A stretch of 24,820 bases of DNA from Abditibacteriaceae bacterium (GCA_031372065.1 JANMKN010000245.1:1-24820), one strand, 5' to 3'. Numbered from the stretch's first letter, positions 1 through 8,479 are shown. Numbers and translations are program-made. Notes: generated by a model not told the origin, from the letters alone.

Positions 1-1
1 G

Positions 2-661
2 CGCATCGGCGAAGGCAACAGCGGGCAGCGCGTCGCGGCGTTTCGCTTGACGTTATCGGCGCCCAGCGGCCAAGTCGTCAAAGTGAATTACGCGACGAGT
101 GTCGGCACCGCGACGGCAGGCGACGACTATGCAGCCGTGCCGTCCACGCAAATCGCCTTCGCCACAGGCAGCAGCTTCGTTTATGCCCGCGTTTTGATTA
201 GCGGTGATTTGCTGAACGAGCCGGATGAAACATTCAAGGTCAATCTCAGCAACGCGGGCAATGCCACGATTGCCGACACGCAAGCCCTCGGCACCATTCT
301 GAATGATGATTCGGCGCCCTCGCTTTCGATTGATGATGTGTCAGTCACCGAAGGAGATAGCGGCACGACGAATCTGACTTTTACCATCACACTTTCCAAA
401 GCCAGCGGCCAAACGGTGAGTGTGAACTTCACCACTGCCGATGGAACCGCCAAATCGAGCAGCGATTATGCCGCCCAAACTGGCACCTTGACCTTCGCAG
501 CGGGCAGCGCGCTAACGCGCACCATTACGGTTCCGATAACGGGCGACGCAATTGTCGAAGGCGACGAAGCGTTTTATGTGTTTCTGTCAGGCGCAGTCAA
601 TGCCAGCGTTGGGCGGGCGCGCGGCATCGGCACGATTCTCAACGATGATGCTTCGGGCTGA
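2..661 (+). CDS. Calx-beta repeat protein, C-terminal part (5' truncated by window)
   Basis: Frame is open from position 2 (RIGEGNSGQRVAAFRLTLSAPS...). Two tandem Calx-beta repeats: V(N/S)(Y/F)xT..GTA..DY..GTLTF..E.DE.F.V.LS..GTILNDD. Stop TGA at 659-661. Confidence 0.9.
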   Translation, partial: RIGEGNSGQRVAAFRLTLSAPSGQVVKVNYATSVGTATAGDDYAAVPSTQIAFATGSSFVYARVLISGDLLNEPDETFKVNLSNAGNATIADTQALGTILNDDSAPSLSIDDVSVTEGDSGTTNLTFTITLSKASGQTVSVNFTTADGTAKSSSDYAAQTGTLTFAAGSALTRTITVPITGDAIVEGDEAFYVFLSGAVNASVGRARGIGTILNDDASG

Positions 662-707
662 TTGCTTCGAAAACAAAGCCGTGCCTGAGAATTTCAGGCG
701 CGGCTTT
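630..707 (+). repeat. Direct repeat copy A: last codons of the Calx-beta gene plus hairpin
   Basis: gcacgattctcaacgatgatgcttcgggctga followed by aaagccgtgcctga-gaatt-tcaggcgcggcttt; matches copy B at 1461-1545. Confidence 0.9.
675..707 (+). terminator. Hairpin after Calx-beta gene, weak terminator
   Basis: aaagccgtgcctga / tcaggcgcggcttt stem with one G-U pair; only 3 T follow the GC stem. Confidence 0.55.
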
Positions 708-727
708 ATGGGGACGAGGTATTTCCT

Positions 728-1420
728 ATGAAAAAGCAAAAAGGCTTTACCCTGATTGAATTATTGGTGGTCATAGCGGTCATCTCGCTACTGGCTGCGT
801 TTCTGTTTCCGGCTTTTACGCGCGCCAGAGAGAACGCCCGGCGCTCCTCCTGCTTAAGCAACCTCAAGCAAATTGGGTTGGGCATGGCCCAATACATCCG
901 CGATTTCGATGACCGTATGCCGCGCAATGACACGACTTTCAACGTAGAGACTTGGGTGGATACTCTGCAAACTTACATCAAGAACGATCAAATTTTTGTG
1001 TGTCCCAGCGATGAAGCACCGTATGTGCTGACAGGCGGCAGTAATCGAGAAACGTCTTACGCCATCAATCAGATTTATTATCAGAACAAGGCACAGGTTC
1101 TCTTTGAGGCCAACGTCAATGGTCTCCACCCGGCACGCATCTCATCCATTTCCGACGCGTCGGGAACTATTACTGTCGGCGAAAGCATGGAGGAGTATCA
1201 GGTTTTCCCAGTGCCGCCCGCCACCACGGTGGCTGTGAATCTCAACTCAAGCCTGCCGACCTTGGGTGATGGCGGTCTGCGCGGTAAATTTGTCGGGCGC
1301 CACTTTGGGGGCGCAAACTGGCTATTTTTCGATGGGCACGTCAAATCTTTGCAAATTGCTAAGGTGGCTGTCCTCAACAGTGCCAACGAATATCCCTACT
1401 TCACCAAAACCTTGGACTGA
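728..1420 (+). CDS. Prepilin-type N-terminal cleavage/methylation protein with DUF1559 and H-X9-DG motif
   Basis: [19 protein letters not shown] class III signal; [39 protein letters not shown] is H-X9-DG. RBS GAGGT at 716-720. Confidence 0.93.
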   Translation: MKKQKGFTLIELLVVIAVISLLAAFLFPAFTRARENARRSSCLSNLKQIGLGMAQYIRDFDDRMPRNDTTFNVETWVDTLQTYIKNDQIFVCPSDEAPYVLTGGSNRETSYAINQIYYQNKAQVLFEANVNGLHPARISSISDASGTITVGESMEEYQVFPVPPATTVAVNLNSSLPTLGDGGLRGKFVGRHFGGANWLFFDGHVKSLQIAKVAVLNSANEYPYFTKTLD

Positions 1421-1460
1421 GCAATCCCACCTCCAGTAATCCTTAAAGCGTGCTGTGTTA

Positions 1461-1545
1461 GCACGATTCTCAACGACGATGCTTCGGGTTAGTATTTGAT
1501 TCACACAAAAAAGCCGCGCCTGAAAGTTTTCAGGCGCGGCTTTTT
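1461..1545 (+). repeat. Direct repeat copy B: orphan copy of the Calx-beta 3' end plus terminator
   Basis: gcacgattctcaacgacgatgcttcgggttag is 28/32 identical to 630-661 and still encodes TILNDDASG-stop; followed by the same hairpin family. Confidence 0.9.
1507..1545. terminator. Bidirectional intrinsic terminator between convergent genes
   Basis: aaaaaagccgcgcctgaaa-g-ttttcaggcgcggcttttt, with A-tract and T-tract on either side. Confidence 0.85.
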
Positions 1546-1557
1546 GCTTGACGCGAA

Positions 1558-3192
1558 TTATTTCGCTGTGGCGTAGACCTCAACTTCAGTAGCGAAGCCG
1601 AAAAGTCGCGGGTATTGAACATCTTCGTCGTAATGGTCAACGTAGGTCAGGCGCACATAGCGCGCGTCTTGTGCGGGGAAGGCAATCGTGGCGCGTTCTT
1701 CCTTGCGCAACGAGAACTCTTTCTGGCCGACTTCGGTGAACTTTTGTCCATCGGTGCTGATGGAAATCTTCACAGTTTTCGTGGCGCCAAACGGCGGCAC
1801 ACCCAAAGAAACGGTGCCGACGCGCGTGACTTTTTCCAAGTCAATCGTCACGTCTTTGGGGAACTCTGCCGCGTCGCCGGTGGCAAAAGCGTGTTGCGGC
1901 GAGGCTTCCCACGAGCCATCGGTCAGGCCGCCGATGCCCCAGTTGTATTTGTTCTCGTCGCTGGCCGTGTAACGCTTGTTCAACGCCAAATTTGCGCCTT
2001 CGGGCGCCGCCGTTAGCGTGATATTTACTTTATCCAACGGCGCGGCCAAGTTGTGAATCACGGTTTGATAGCCTTCGTCAGCGGCCATCAAGCCGTCCAC
2101 GATTTGTTCGCTGCCCTGAACATCGGCAAGCGGCAAGCGCACTTGACGCCACGCCGTGAAATAGCTGTCCTCCTTGCGCTGAATCAGGTCATGCACGCGT
2201 TGTGCAGGCAGAAAATTATTGCCACTGATCTCAACACCGGCAGCCAATTCGTCGGAGGAAAACTTTCCAGCATCGGCGCCGTTGAAAGTGACTTTGTAAC
2301 TGCCCGCCGGAGCACCCTTGATGGTTAGTTTTTGCCCTGCCATCTCCAAAAAACCTGAATCGCGCATGACGCCAAGCGAACCACCTTCAAACCAGAACGG
2401 CATCAGCACGGGCCGCGTATTTTCGAGGACAATTTGCGCTGTGTTGTTGCTGACAACGCGCAAGCCATCGCCAGTGTTAGCGGCCAAATCCACGCTGCCC
2501 AGCGGCGGCATCGGCTCGGCGCCAAGCCCTTTCAACATTTCCTGCGCCATTACTAAATGCCCCGCCGCATTGGGATGCACGGAGTCGGGAATCATGGTGA
2601 AATTGGTGTCTTTGGCTTTTTGCGCGTTTTGAAAAGCGATCATTGGATGAATCACATCCGCCGAGGGCAAGTTATATTGCTTCGCCAAACCGAGCGCGGC
2701 TTTGCCAAGCGCTTCGAGATTGTCGTTGTAACTGGCTTCTTTGAGGCGCGCTTGCTTGTCGTAATCCACCGCACCCGGCGTGTAAACCACTACGCGCACG
2801 CCTTTTTCGCCCAGCGCTTTGATGATCTTTTCTTCGTTGGTTTTGAAATTGTTCACCGTGTCGTCGTTGACCGGGTGATAGCCGCCATCGTTCATGCCAA
2901 AAAAGAGTGTGACAAGGGTTGGTTTGAGCCACAAAACATCGCGTTCGAGCCGATTAAACGCGCCGCCTGCCGTGTCACCGCCCCAACCGGCGTTATAAAA
3001 CTTCACTTTCAGTTCGGGATAGCGGCACTGAATGTATTGCTGCACATAGCGCGAATACAAACGCTGTTCGGTGATGCTGTCACCGTAAATCACCACGCGG
3101 TCACCGGCTTTTACAACGGGGTCGGCTTTGGCCCCGGCCATCAAACTGCCAGCGACAAACAACGTCGCGGGCATTGTTTTCAAACAAATCAT
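1558..3192 (-). CDS. Secreted SGNH/GDSL esterase with C-terminal F5/8 type C (discoidin) domain
   Basis: Signal peptide (…AGAKA|D). SGNH blocks GDSITE, NAGWGGD, FGMND and DSVHP. C-terminal NLALNKRYTAS…LTDG…VTIDLEK…ARYVRL…EVEVY. Confidence 0.88.
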   Translation of the reverse strand: MICLKTMPATLFVAGSLMAGAKADPVVKAGDRVVIYGDSITEQRLYSRYVQQYIQCRYPELKVKFYNAGWGGDTAGGAFNRLERDVLWLKPTLVTLFFGMNDGGYHPVNDDTVNNFKTNEEKIIKALGEKGVRVVVYTPGAVDYDKQARLKEASYNDNLEALGKAALGLAKQYNLPSADVIHPMIAFQNAQKAKDTNFTMIPDSVHPNAAGHLVMAQEMLKGLGAEPMPPLGSVDLAANTGDGLRVVSNNTAQIVLENTRPVLMPFWFEGGSLGVMRDSGFLEMAGQKLTIKGAPAGSYKVTFNGADAGKFSSDELAAGVEISGNNFLPAQRVHDLIQRKEDSYFTAWRQVRLPLADVQGSEQIVDGLMAADEGYQTVIHNLAAPLDKVNITLTAAPEGANLALNKRYTASDENKYNWGIGGLTDGSWEASPQHAFATGDAAEFPKDVTIDLEKVTRVGTVSLGVPPFGATKTVKISISTDGQKFTEVGQKEFSLRKEERATIAFPAQDARYVRLTYVDHYDEDVQYPRLFGFATEVEVYATAK

Positions 3193-3413
3193 GAATTTTC
3201 TCCGAGTTTTTGCATGGAATAACGAAGCACTTTTAATTACATCACGAAACGGAATTCGATGGCAAAGAATTTAGTGCGTTGAAGTGTCAATCTGTTCTCA
3301 ATTTGGAGGTGGGTTTTGCCCAAGCCAAAGCGCGGCGCTTTTGCTTCGATGAATTGAGTATTTGCAATGCGCAAGCGCCGCTAATAAGGCACTTTTGCAA
3401 GAGGTTTGTTGTG

Positions 3414-3458
3414 AAAGCAAAAAGCCTGTTTCGATGATAGAAACAGGCTTTTTGCTTT
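3414..3458 (-). terminator. Intrinsic terminator of sodA
   Basis: Perfect 19-bp inverted repeat aaagcaaaaagcctgtttc / gaaacaggctttttgcttt just after the sodA stop. Confidence 0.8.
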
Positions 3459-3469
3459 TGCGGCACGAA

Positions 3470-4075
3470 TTACTTGGCGAAGCGCTTGTTGATTTCGTCC
3501 CAATTGACGACGTTCCACCATGCTTCGAGATATTTCGGGCGGGCGTTCATGTAACGCAAATAGTAAGCGTGTTCCCACACATCGTTGCCCAAAAGTGGCG
3601 TTTGGCCGTCGCTGAGAGGGCTGTCTTGATTGGCGGTGCTGACAATTTTCAAGGCGCCGCCCGCGTCTTTGACCAGCCAGACCCAGCCTGAACCGAAGCG
3701 ATTGACGCCAGCTTCGTTGAACTGCTTTTTGAACGTTTCAAAATCGCCGAAGGCAGCGTTAATGGCCTCGCCGATGGCGCCCGTGGGTGCGCCCCCGCCA
3801 TTGGGACTCATGATTTCCCAAAACATGGTGTGATTGGCATGACCGCCGCCATGATTGCGCACGGCGCCGCGAATGTCTTCGGGCACGGCAGACAGGTCGG
3901 AAATCAATTCTTCAGCGGATTTTCCGGCCAGTTCAGGATGCTTTTCGAGCGCGGCGTTGAGCTTGTCCACATAAGCCTGATGATGCTTATCGTGATGCAA
4001 GTGCATGGTTTGTTCGTCAATGGCGGCTTCAAGCGCGTTGTAATCATACGGCAACGGCGGAACAGAGTGCGACAT
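3470..4075 (-). CDS. sodA: Superoxide dismutase, Fe/Mn family, Mn-type signatures
   Basis: [60 protein letters not shown] upstream on the minus strand (4083-4089). Confidence 0.96.
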   Translation of the reverse strand: MSHSVPPLPYDYNALEAAIDEQTMHLHHDKHHQAYVDKLNAALEKHPELAGKSAEELISDLSAVPEDIRGAVRNHGGGHANHTMFWEIMSPNGGGAPTGAIGEAINAAFGDFETFKKQFNEAGVNRFGSGWVWLVKDAGGALKIVSTANQDSPLSDGQTPLLGNDVWEHAYYLRYMNARPKYLEAWWNVVNWDEINKRFAK

Positions 4076-4159
4076 GGAAATTCTCCTTTAGTTGATGGTG
4101 TTTTCAAAGGCGCCCTGCGGCGCAAATACCATTCCGCCAGTTTATACTACCAGTTAGGT

Positions 4160-4232
4160 CTTTGGCTTTTGGATTTTGGTCTTTGGTTTTAAGCCGAGGT
4201 CTACGAAATTCAAAAACCAAAGACCAAAATCC
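4160..4232. repeat. Heptamer array (YTTTGGN)x4 forming a perfect 20-bp inverted repeat
   Basis: ggattttggtctttggtttt (4171-4190) / aaaaccaaagaccaaaatcc (4213-4232). Confidence 0.85.
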
Positions 4233-4239
4233 TATAACC

Positions 4240-5400
4240 ATGAACCGCAACCTTTTCTTTCCCGTAGCCAGCGCTTTGGCGCTGGGATTATTTGTCGGCG
4301 CCTGCGTGCACAACAGCGCATCCAACAGCAACACGTCCACTGGCGCTATCGAACCGCGAGCCAATGCCCAAACGATTGGCGACTTGAAAAAACTGTCCGC
4401 CACTTATGCCGACATCGCCAAAAAAGTCACGCCTGCTGTGGTGAACATTCAAGCCCAAAAAACCATTCCGGGCCGCATTGTGCGTGATCCGTTTTTCGAT
4501 TTCTTCGGCGGCGGCGGGCCTCTTTTGCGCGAACCAGATCGGCAGGCGCAAAGTGTTGGCAGCGGCGTGATTGTCAACGCTGATGGCGTTATCGTGACGA
4601 ATAATCACGTTGTCGAAGGCGCTGATACGCTTTTGGTGACTCTGAGCGACAAGCGGCGTTTTCCCGCGAAATTGGTGGGAGTTGATCCAATGACCGATGT
4701 GGCTGTTTTAAAAATCCAAGGGCAGAATCTGCCTGTCGCGCCGTGGGCTGATAGCGATAAATTGCAAGTCGGCGACATCGTTTTAGCCGTCGGTTCGCCC
4801 TTTGGCTTGTCTTCGACGGTCACGCAAGGCATTATCTCCGCCAAAGGGCGGCGCGACCTCGGAATTTCGGCCTACGAAGATTTTTTGCAGACCGATGCGG
4901 CCATTAATCCCGGCAATTCCGGCGGCGCTTTGGTAGATTTGGACGGCGATTTAATCGGCATCAACACAGCGATTTTAACGGCTAATGGGCAACAAGGCGG
5001 CAATCAGGGCATTGGCCTCGCGATTCCGTCCAATTTGGCGCACAAAATCAGCGATCAACTGTCGAATGGCGGGCGCGTGACGCGAGGTTGGCTGGGACTT
5101 GTCATCGAACCAATGACCGCCGATGTTACCAAGCAAAGCGGCCTACGTGATACCAACGGCGTGTTAGTCAAAGCCATTTACGCGCGCGGCCCGGCGGGTA
5201 ATCTGCCGTGGGACGAGCAAAGTCTTGATGTATTGCTCAAAGTCAACGGCATTGTCGTCGAATCGCCCGGACAACTCGGCAACATGGTCGCCGACATCAA
5301 ACCGGGCAGCAAAGTCACGCTTTCGCTATGGAGTAACGGTCAAGCGCGCGAAGTAACGCTTATCGCCGGCAATCGCCCTTCGCGCGTTCAAGGAGTATGA
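4240..5400 (+). CDS. htrA: HtrA/DegP-family serine protease with one PDZ domain, possible lipoprotein
   Basis: Catalytic motifs TNNHVV, TDVAVL and QTDAAINPGNSGG; PDZ after RGWLG. Start set at ATG 4240 because it gives a signal/lipobox-like LFVGA-C; the upstream ORF extension is translated repeat. Confidence 0.92.
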   Translation: MNRNLFFPVASALALGLFVGACVHNSASNSNTSTGAIEPRANAQTIGDLKKLSATYADIAKKVTPAVVNIQAQKTIPGRIVRDPFFDFFGGGGPLLREPDRQAQSVGSGVIVNADGVIVTNNHVVEGADTLLVTLSDKRRFPAKLVGVDPMTDVAVLKIQGQNLPVAPWADSDKLQVGDIVLAVGSPFGLSSTVTQGIISAKGRRDLGISAYEDFLQTDAAINPGNSGGALVDLDGDLIGINTAILTANGQQGGNQGIGLAIPSNLAHKISDQLSNGGRVTRGWLGLVIEPMTADVTKQSGLRDTNGVLVKAIYARGPAGNLPWDEQSLDVLLKVNGIVVESPGQLGNMVADIKPGSKVTLSLWSNGQAREVTLIAGNRPSRVQGV

Positions 5401-5520
5401 CGAATGCGGAATGACGAATGCGGAGTGCGGAATACTTTGGGCGAAACGCTCGACATTGGCTCTATTGTTACTTCGAACGACACGCCTTCACTCCGCACTC
5501 CGCACTCCACACTCCGCATT
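5397..5520. repeat. Inverted heptamer arrays (ATGCGGA-like x5 / ACTCCGC x4)
   Basis: atgacga atgcgga atgacga atgcgga gtgcgga (5397-5431) and actccgc actccgc actccac actccgc (5490-5517). Confidence 0.85.
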
Positions 5521-6618
5521 GCCATTGATTGCCGCACCGCGCTATCGCCCAAAACGGGAGATCGCACTTACACACTAACACTGCTGCGCGGCTTGGCACA
5601 TTTGAATCTCGATGCGGCGCAGTGGAAATTCCAATTGCTGCTGGATGCGCCCGATGAAAACGGCATTTTGCCGCAGTCGGCTTGCTTTGAAAAAGTAGTT
5701 TTAACCGCGCCCAATTCGCGTTGGTGGACACTTTTCGCCTTGCCGAAATGGGCGCGAGAAAACCGGCCCGATTTAGTTCATCTGCACTATTTGGCACCGC
5801 GCTTTCTGCCCTGCCCGTTTGTGACAACAATTCACGATGTGGTTTTTCGCGCCCGCCCGCGCACTTTTCCGCCGCTGCACCGCGCAATTATGAATTGGGG
5901 AATGCCCTCCACGGCGCGGCGCGCGGCAAAGATCATCACCGTCAGCGAATTTTCCAAACGCGAAATCGCGCGCTATTTGCGTGTGCCGCGCAGCAAAATC
6001 GCCGTGACTTACAACGCGGTGGACGAACGCTATTTACAGCCAATTTCCGCCGCACAAATTGAAGCCGTGCGCGAAAAATATCATATTGGAACGGCGCCTT
6101 ATGTTCTGAGCGTTGGCGTGCAACAGCCGCGCAAAAACGTCCCGCGCCTCATCGCCGCCTTTGATTTATGGAAACAACACCATCCTGATTTGCCGCACGT
6201 TTTAGTTGTCGTTGGCAAGCCAAAGTGGGACGATGCTTCGTCACTCATCACTCGTCACTCGTCACTCGTCACTACAGGTTATGTGGCTGACGAAGATTTG
6301 CCCGCGCTTTATACGGGCACGGCGTGCTTTGCGTATCCCAGTTTGTATGAAGGTTTTGGCCTGCCGATTATCGAAGCGATGAGTTGCGGCGCGCCGGTTC
6401 TCACCAGCAATCGCGGCGCTATGCGCGAAGTCGCGGGCGGCGCGGCGCAGGAAGCCAATCCGTATGATGTAAAAGCGATTTCAGCAGGTTTAAAAGCCGT
6501 TTTAGATGATAAACACTACGCCGCACAACTGACAAGACGCGGAAAACAGCGCGCGGCAGAATTTACGGTGGGACAGTTGGCAAAGCAAACGTTAGAGGTC
6601 TATCAATCCGTTAAGTAA
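5404..6618 (+). CDS. Glycosyltransferase family 4 (GT-B, group 1)
   Basis: LRIAID…, TTIHDV, ITVSEFSK, PRKNVPRLI, YPSLYEGFGLPIIEAMSCG (EX7E motif). RBS AGGAG at 5391-5395. Exact start uncertain. Confidence 0.92.
   Translation: MRNDECGVRNTLGETLDIGSIVTSNDTPSLRTPHSTLRIAIDCRTALSPKTGDRTYTLTLLRGLAHLNLDAAQWKFQLLLDAPDENGILPQSACFEKVVLTAPNSRWWTLFALPKWARENRPDLVHLHYLAPRFLPCPFVTTIHDVVFRARPRTFPPLHRAIMNWGMPSTARRAAKIITVSEFSKREIARYLRVPRSKIAVTYNAVDERYLQPISAAQIEAVREKYHIGTAPYVLSVGVQQPRKNVPRLIAAFDLWKQHHPDLPHVLVVVGKPKWDDASSLITRHSSLVTTGYVADEDLPALYTGTACFAYPSLYEGFGLPIIEAMSCGAPVLTSNRGAMREVAGGAAQEANPYDVKAISAGLKAVLDDKHYAAQLTRRGKQRAAEFTVGQLAKQTLEVYQSVK
6238..6272 (+). repeat. Intragenic heptamer tandem repeat (TCGTCAC)x5
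   Basis: tcgtcac tcatcac tcgtcac tcgtcac tcgtcac, encoding SSLITRHSSLV in the GT4 frame. Confidence 0.9.
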
Positions 6619-6804
6619 CCCAAGTTGCCGCTTATTGATTGTGCCGCAGAAAACCCCCATCCATCTTCCCCCAGAGGGGGAAGGGTTAGGCTTCTCCGCC
6701 GCAAAATGCGCTTCATAGGCGTAGCTCTTCCCCCTCTGAGGGAAGATGGATGGGGGTATAAGCCAAGCAACCAACTTGCAGAAGGTAGGTAGCAACTTGG
6801 GTTA
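6616..6804. mobile_element. Putative MITE-like non-autonomous element
   Basis: Outer inverted repeat taacccaagttgc / gcaacttgggtta (TA + 11 bp). Inner 31-bp inverted repeat 6653-6683 / 6727-6757, 30/31 complementary. Confidence 0.6.
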
Positions 6805-8310
6805 ATTACTATTCGCGGCTATTCGCAAAATGCCGGTGCCTGTGGCATCAAGGCGTTTGTTGCGTAGAAACGATTCAGCGGATAACAGCACAACATTATT
6901 CAGTTCAGCACGCGGCACATCAATGGCAAAGCCATTTGTCGTAGAATGCAACGCTAAATCTTGAGATTTGGTGTCGCTGCGCAGTGACGCTTTCCACACG
7001 CCCTTTTGCGCGAGGATTTCCACGCGCGCAACCTCGACATTTGTGGCTCCAATATCATGCAGCCACAAACGATAATGCAATTGTTGGGACGGCGACCTCA
7101 TGGCTTGCAAACGCAAAGTAATTGTCTTGTTGCTGGCCGAATCCCTTTGCGGCACAAGCGCCACGCTTTGCAAATCAGCGGAGGGCATCAAGCTATGCCA
7201 AAGCGTATCGCGCGAAGCGTCCTGCACAATGGACTGCGCATTTTCATTTTTCTTCGTCCGATTCTGCACGGGCACGATAGCAAATAATTCATTGCGACGC
7301 AAAAACGAGCGCAAATAACGCGGCGTGAAGGCCAACTGACTGGGATAGCATTCCAAAGCGGACTTTTTGGCCTTGCGCGAGGCAGAATCAAGCTCTTCCT
7401 GCATCCAAATTGAGCCGGTTTTCATTAAAACGGCGGGCGGCGCCAAGGCAGCTTGTGGATGGTAGCCATACGGCGCCGGCCACACGCCATGATGAATAAG
7501 AAAAGTGAAAAGATGAATCTCCACAGCCCAACGCGAAGTTTTGTCTCCTTGCAATTGCTCCATCGCCGTGCGGACAAATTCATAGGCCGCTTGATGGTCG
7601 GGATGCGTATCGGCGGGATGCGTCGTAATGACAACTGTCGGGCGAAAATCTGTGATGACACCTTTGACATCACGCAAAACTTGCGCGCCGCAATAGGGTG
7701 CTTTTCGTGTGCGCGTGTTGGCATACGGCGCGTGATCGGCCTTGGTATAAGGCGAGCGGTATAAATTGTCGCGCGTCCAATGGCGCAGCCACAATTCTTT
7801 GGTGCCGCCATCGGGATAACCCAAAAAGACAATCTCTTTTTCGCTCACGCCCAAAGCATTTGCGGCCTTGACTGCCTCATTTTGACGCAGTTTCGCTAAC
7901 TCTTGAAAGCTGTTGTTGCGCAGTTCGCGGGCATCCACAGCAATTTGCGTGGAGCGCGAACCATCGCCATTGGTAAGAAAAACAAGGCGCACCGGAATGC
8001 CGCGCCGCCGCGCCTCGGCAATTGTGCCACCGGCCCCCAAAGTTTCGTCATCGCAATGCGGCGCCAAAACTAACAAGCGGTCAGTGGCACGCAACGTAGG
8101 CGCTTTGGCAAACGATTCGCGCGCGGTAGCGAGATTGGCGCGATACAACACAAGTTGCAACACCAAAAACGGCGTCAAAACGCAAGCCAGAGCGCCGCCC
8201 GCAAAAAGTGCCTTCTTGCGGCGAGGACGAACAATCACCGGCGTTGATTTGATTTCAACAACCGATTGGTAAGTTTTTTTGCGGAGGTGAAAGGAGAACG
8301 CTGTTCTCAT
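6802..8310 (-). CDS. Membrane-anchored PIG-L/LmbE-family deacetylase with C-terminal beta-rich domain
   Basis: APHCDDETLG (HxDD), LTNGDG, FLGYPDG, DTHPDH. N-terminal hydrophobic helix ALFAGGALACVLTPFLVLQLVLY. Start set at ATG 8310; the longer ORF runs into the divergent promoter region. Confidence 0.88.
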   Translation of the reverse strand: MRTAFSFHLRKKTYQSVVEIKSTPVIVRPRRKKALFAGGALACVLTPFLVLQLVLYRANLATARESFAKAPTLRATDRLLVLAPHCDDETLGAGGTIAEARRRGIPVRLVFLTNGDGSRSTQIAVDARELRNNSFQELAKLRQNEAVKAANALGVSEKEIVFLGYPDGGTKELWLRHWTRDNLYRSPYTKADHAPYANTRTRKAPYCGAQVLRDVKGVITDFRPTVVITTHPADTHPDHQAAYEFVRTAMEQLQGDKTSRWAVEIHLFTFLIHHGVWPAPYGYHPQAALAPPAVLMKTGSIWMQEELDSASRKAKKSALECYPSQLAFTPRYLRSFLRRNELFAIVPVQNRTKKNENAQSIVQDASRDTLWHSLMPSADLQSVALVPQRDSASNKTITLRLQAMRSPSQQLHYRLWLHDIGATNVEVARVEILAQKGVWKASLRSDTKSQDLALHSTTNGFAIDVPRAELNNVVLLSAESFLRNKRLDATGTGILRIAANSN

Positions 8311-8479
8311 CAAAAAAGATGAACAAACCCGGCCTAAGACCAGTAAAACCCCGGTAACTCGAAGCAAATGTGGTTGCCCACAATTGTCCGCAGGCCTGTG
8401 CTGTGAGAAAATGCAATACGGCCTTATGATTATAACCTTTTTTCGAGGTTTTGAAACGTTTGGCGCCTTCGTAGCGCAT

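Noticed and set aside
290..310. Third copy of the flanking direct repeat
   Set aside because: It is the GTILNDD end of the preceding Calx-beta domain, more diverged and without the stop codon or hairpin.
2557..3222. 221-aa plus-strand ORF
   Set aside because: Antisense shadow of the SGNH gene with no recognisable motifs.
4162..4239. 26-aa N-terminal extension of HtrA in the ORF track
   Set aside because: It is translated heptamer repeat; ATG 4240 gives a normal signal peptide.
5404..8310. GT4 plus PIG-L deacetylase as an MshA/MshB or BshA/BshB thiol pathway
   Set aside because: The genes are convergent, the deacetylase has a membrane anchor and an extra domain, and no ligase is present; the GT4 looks like a generic surface-glycan enzyme.
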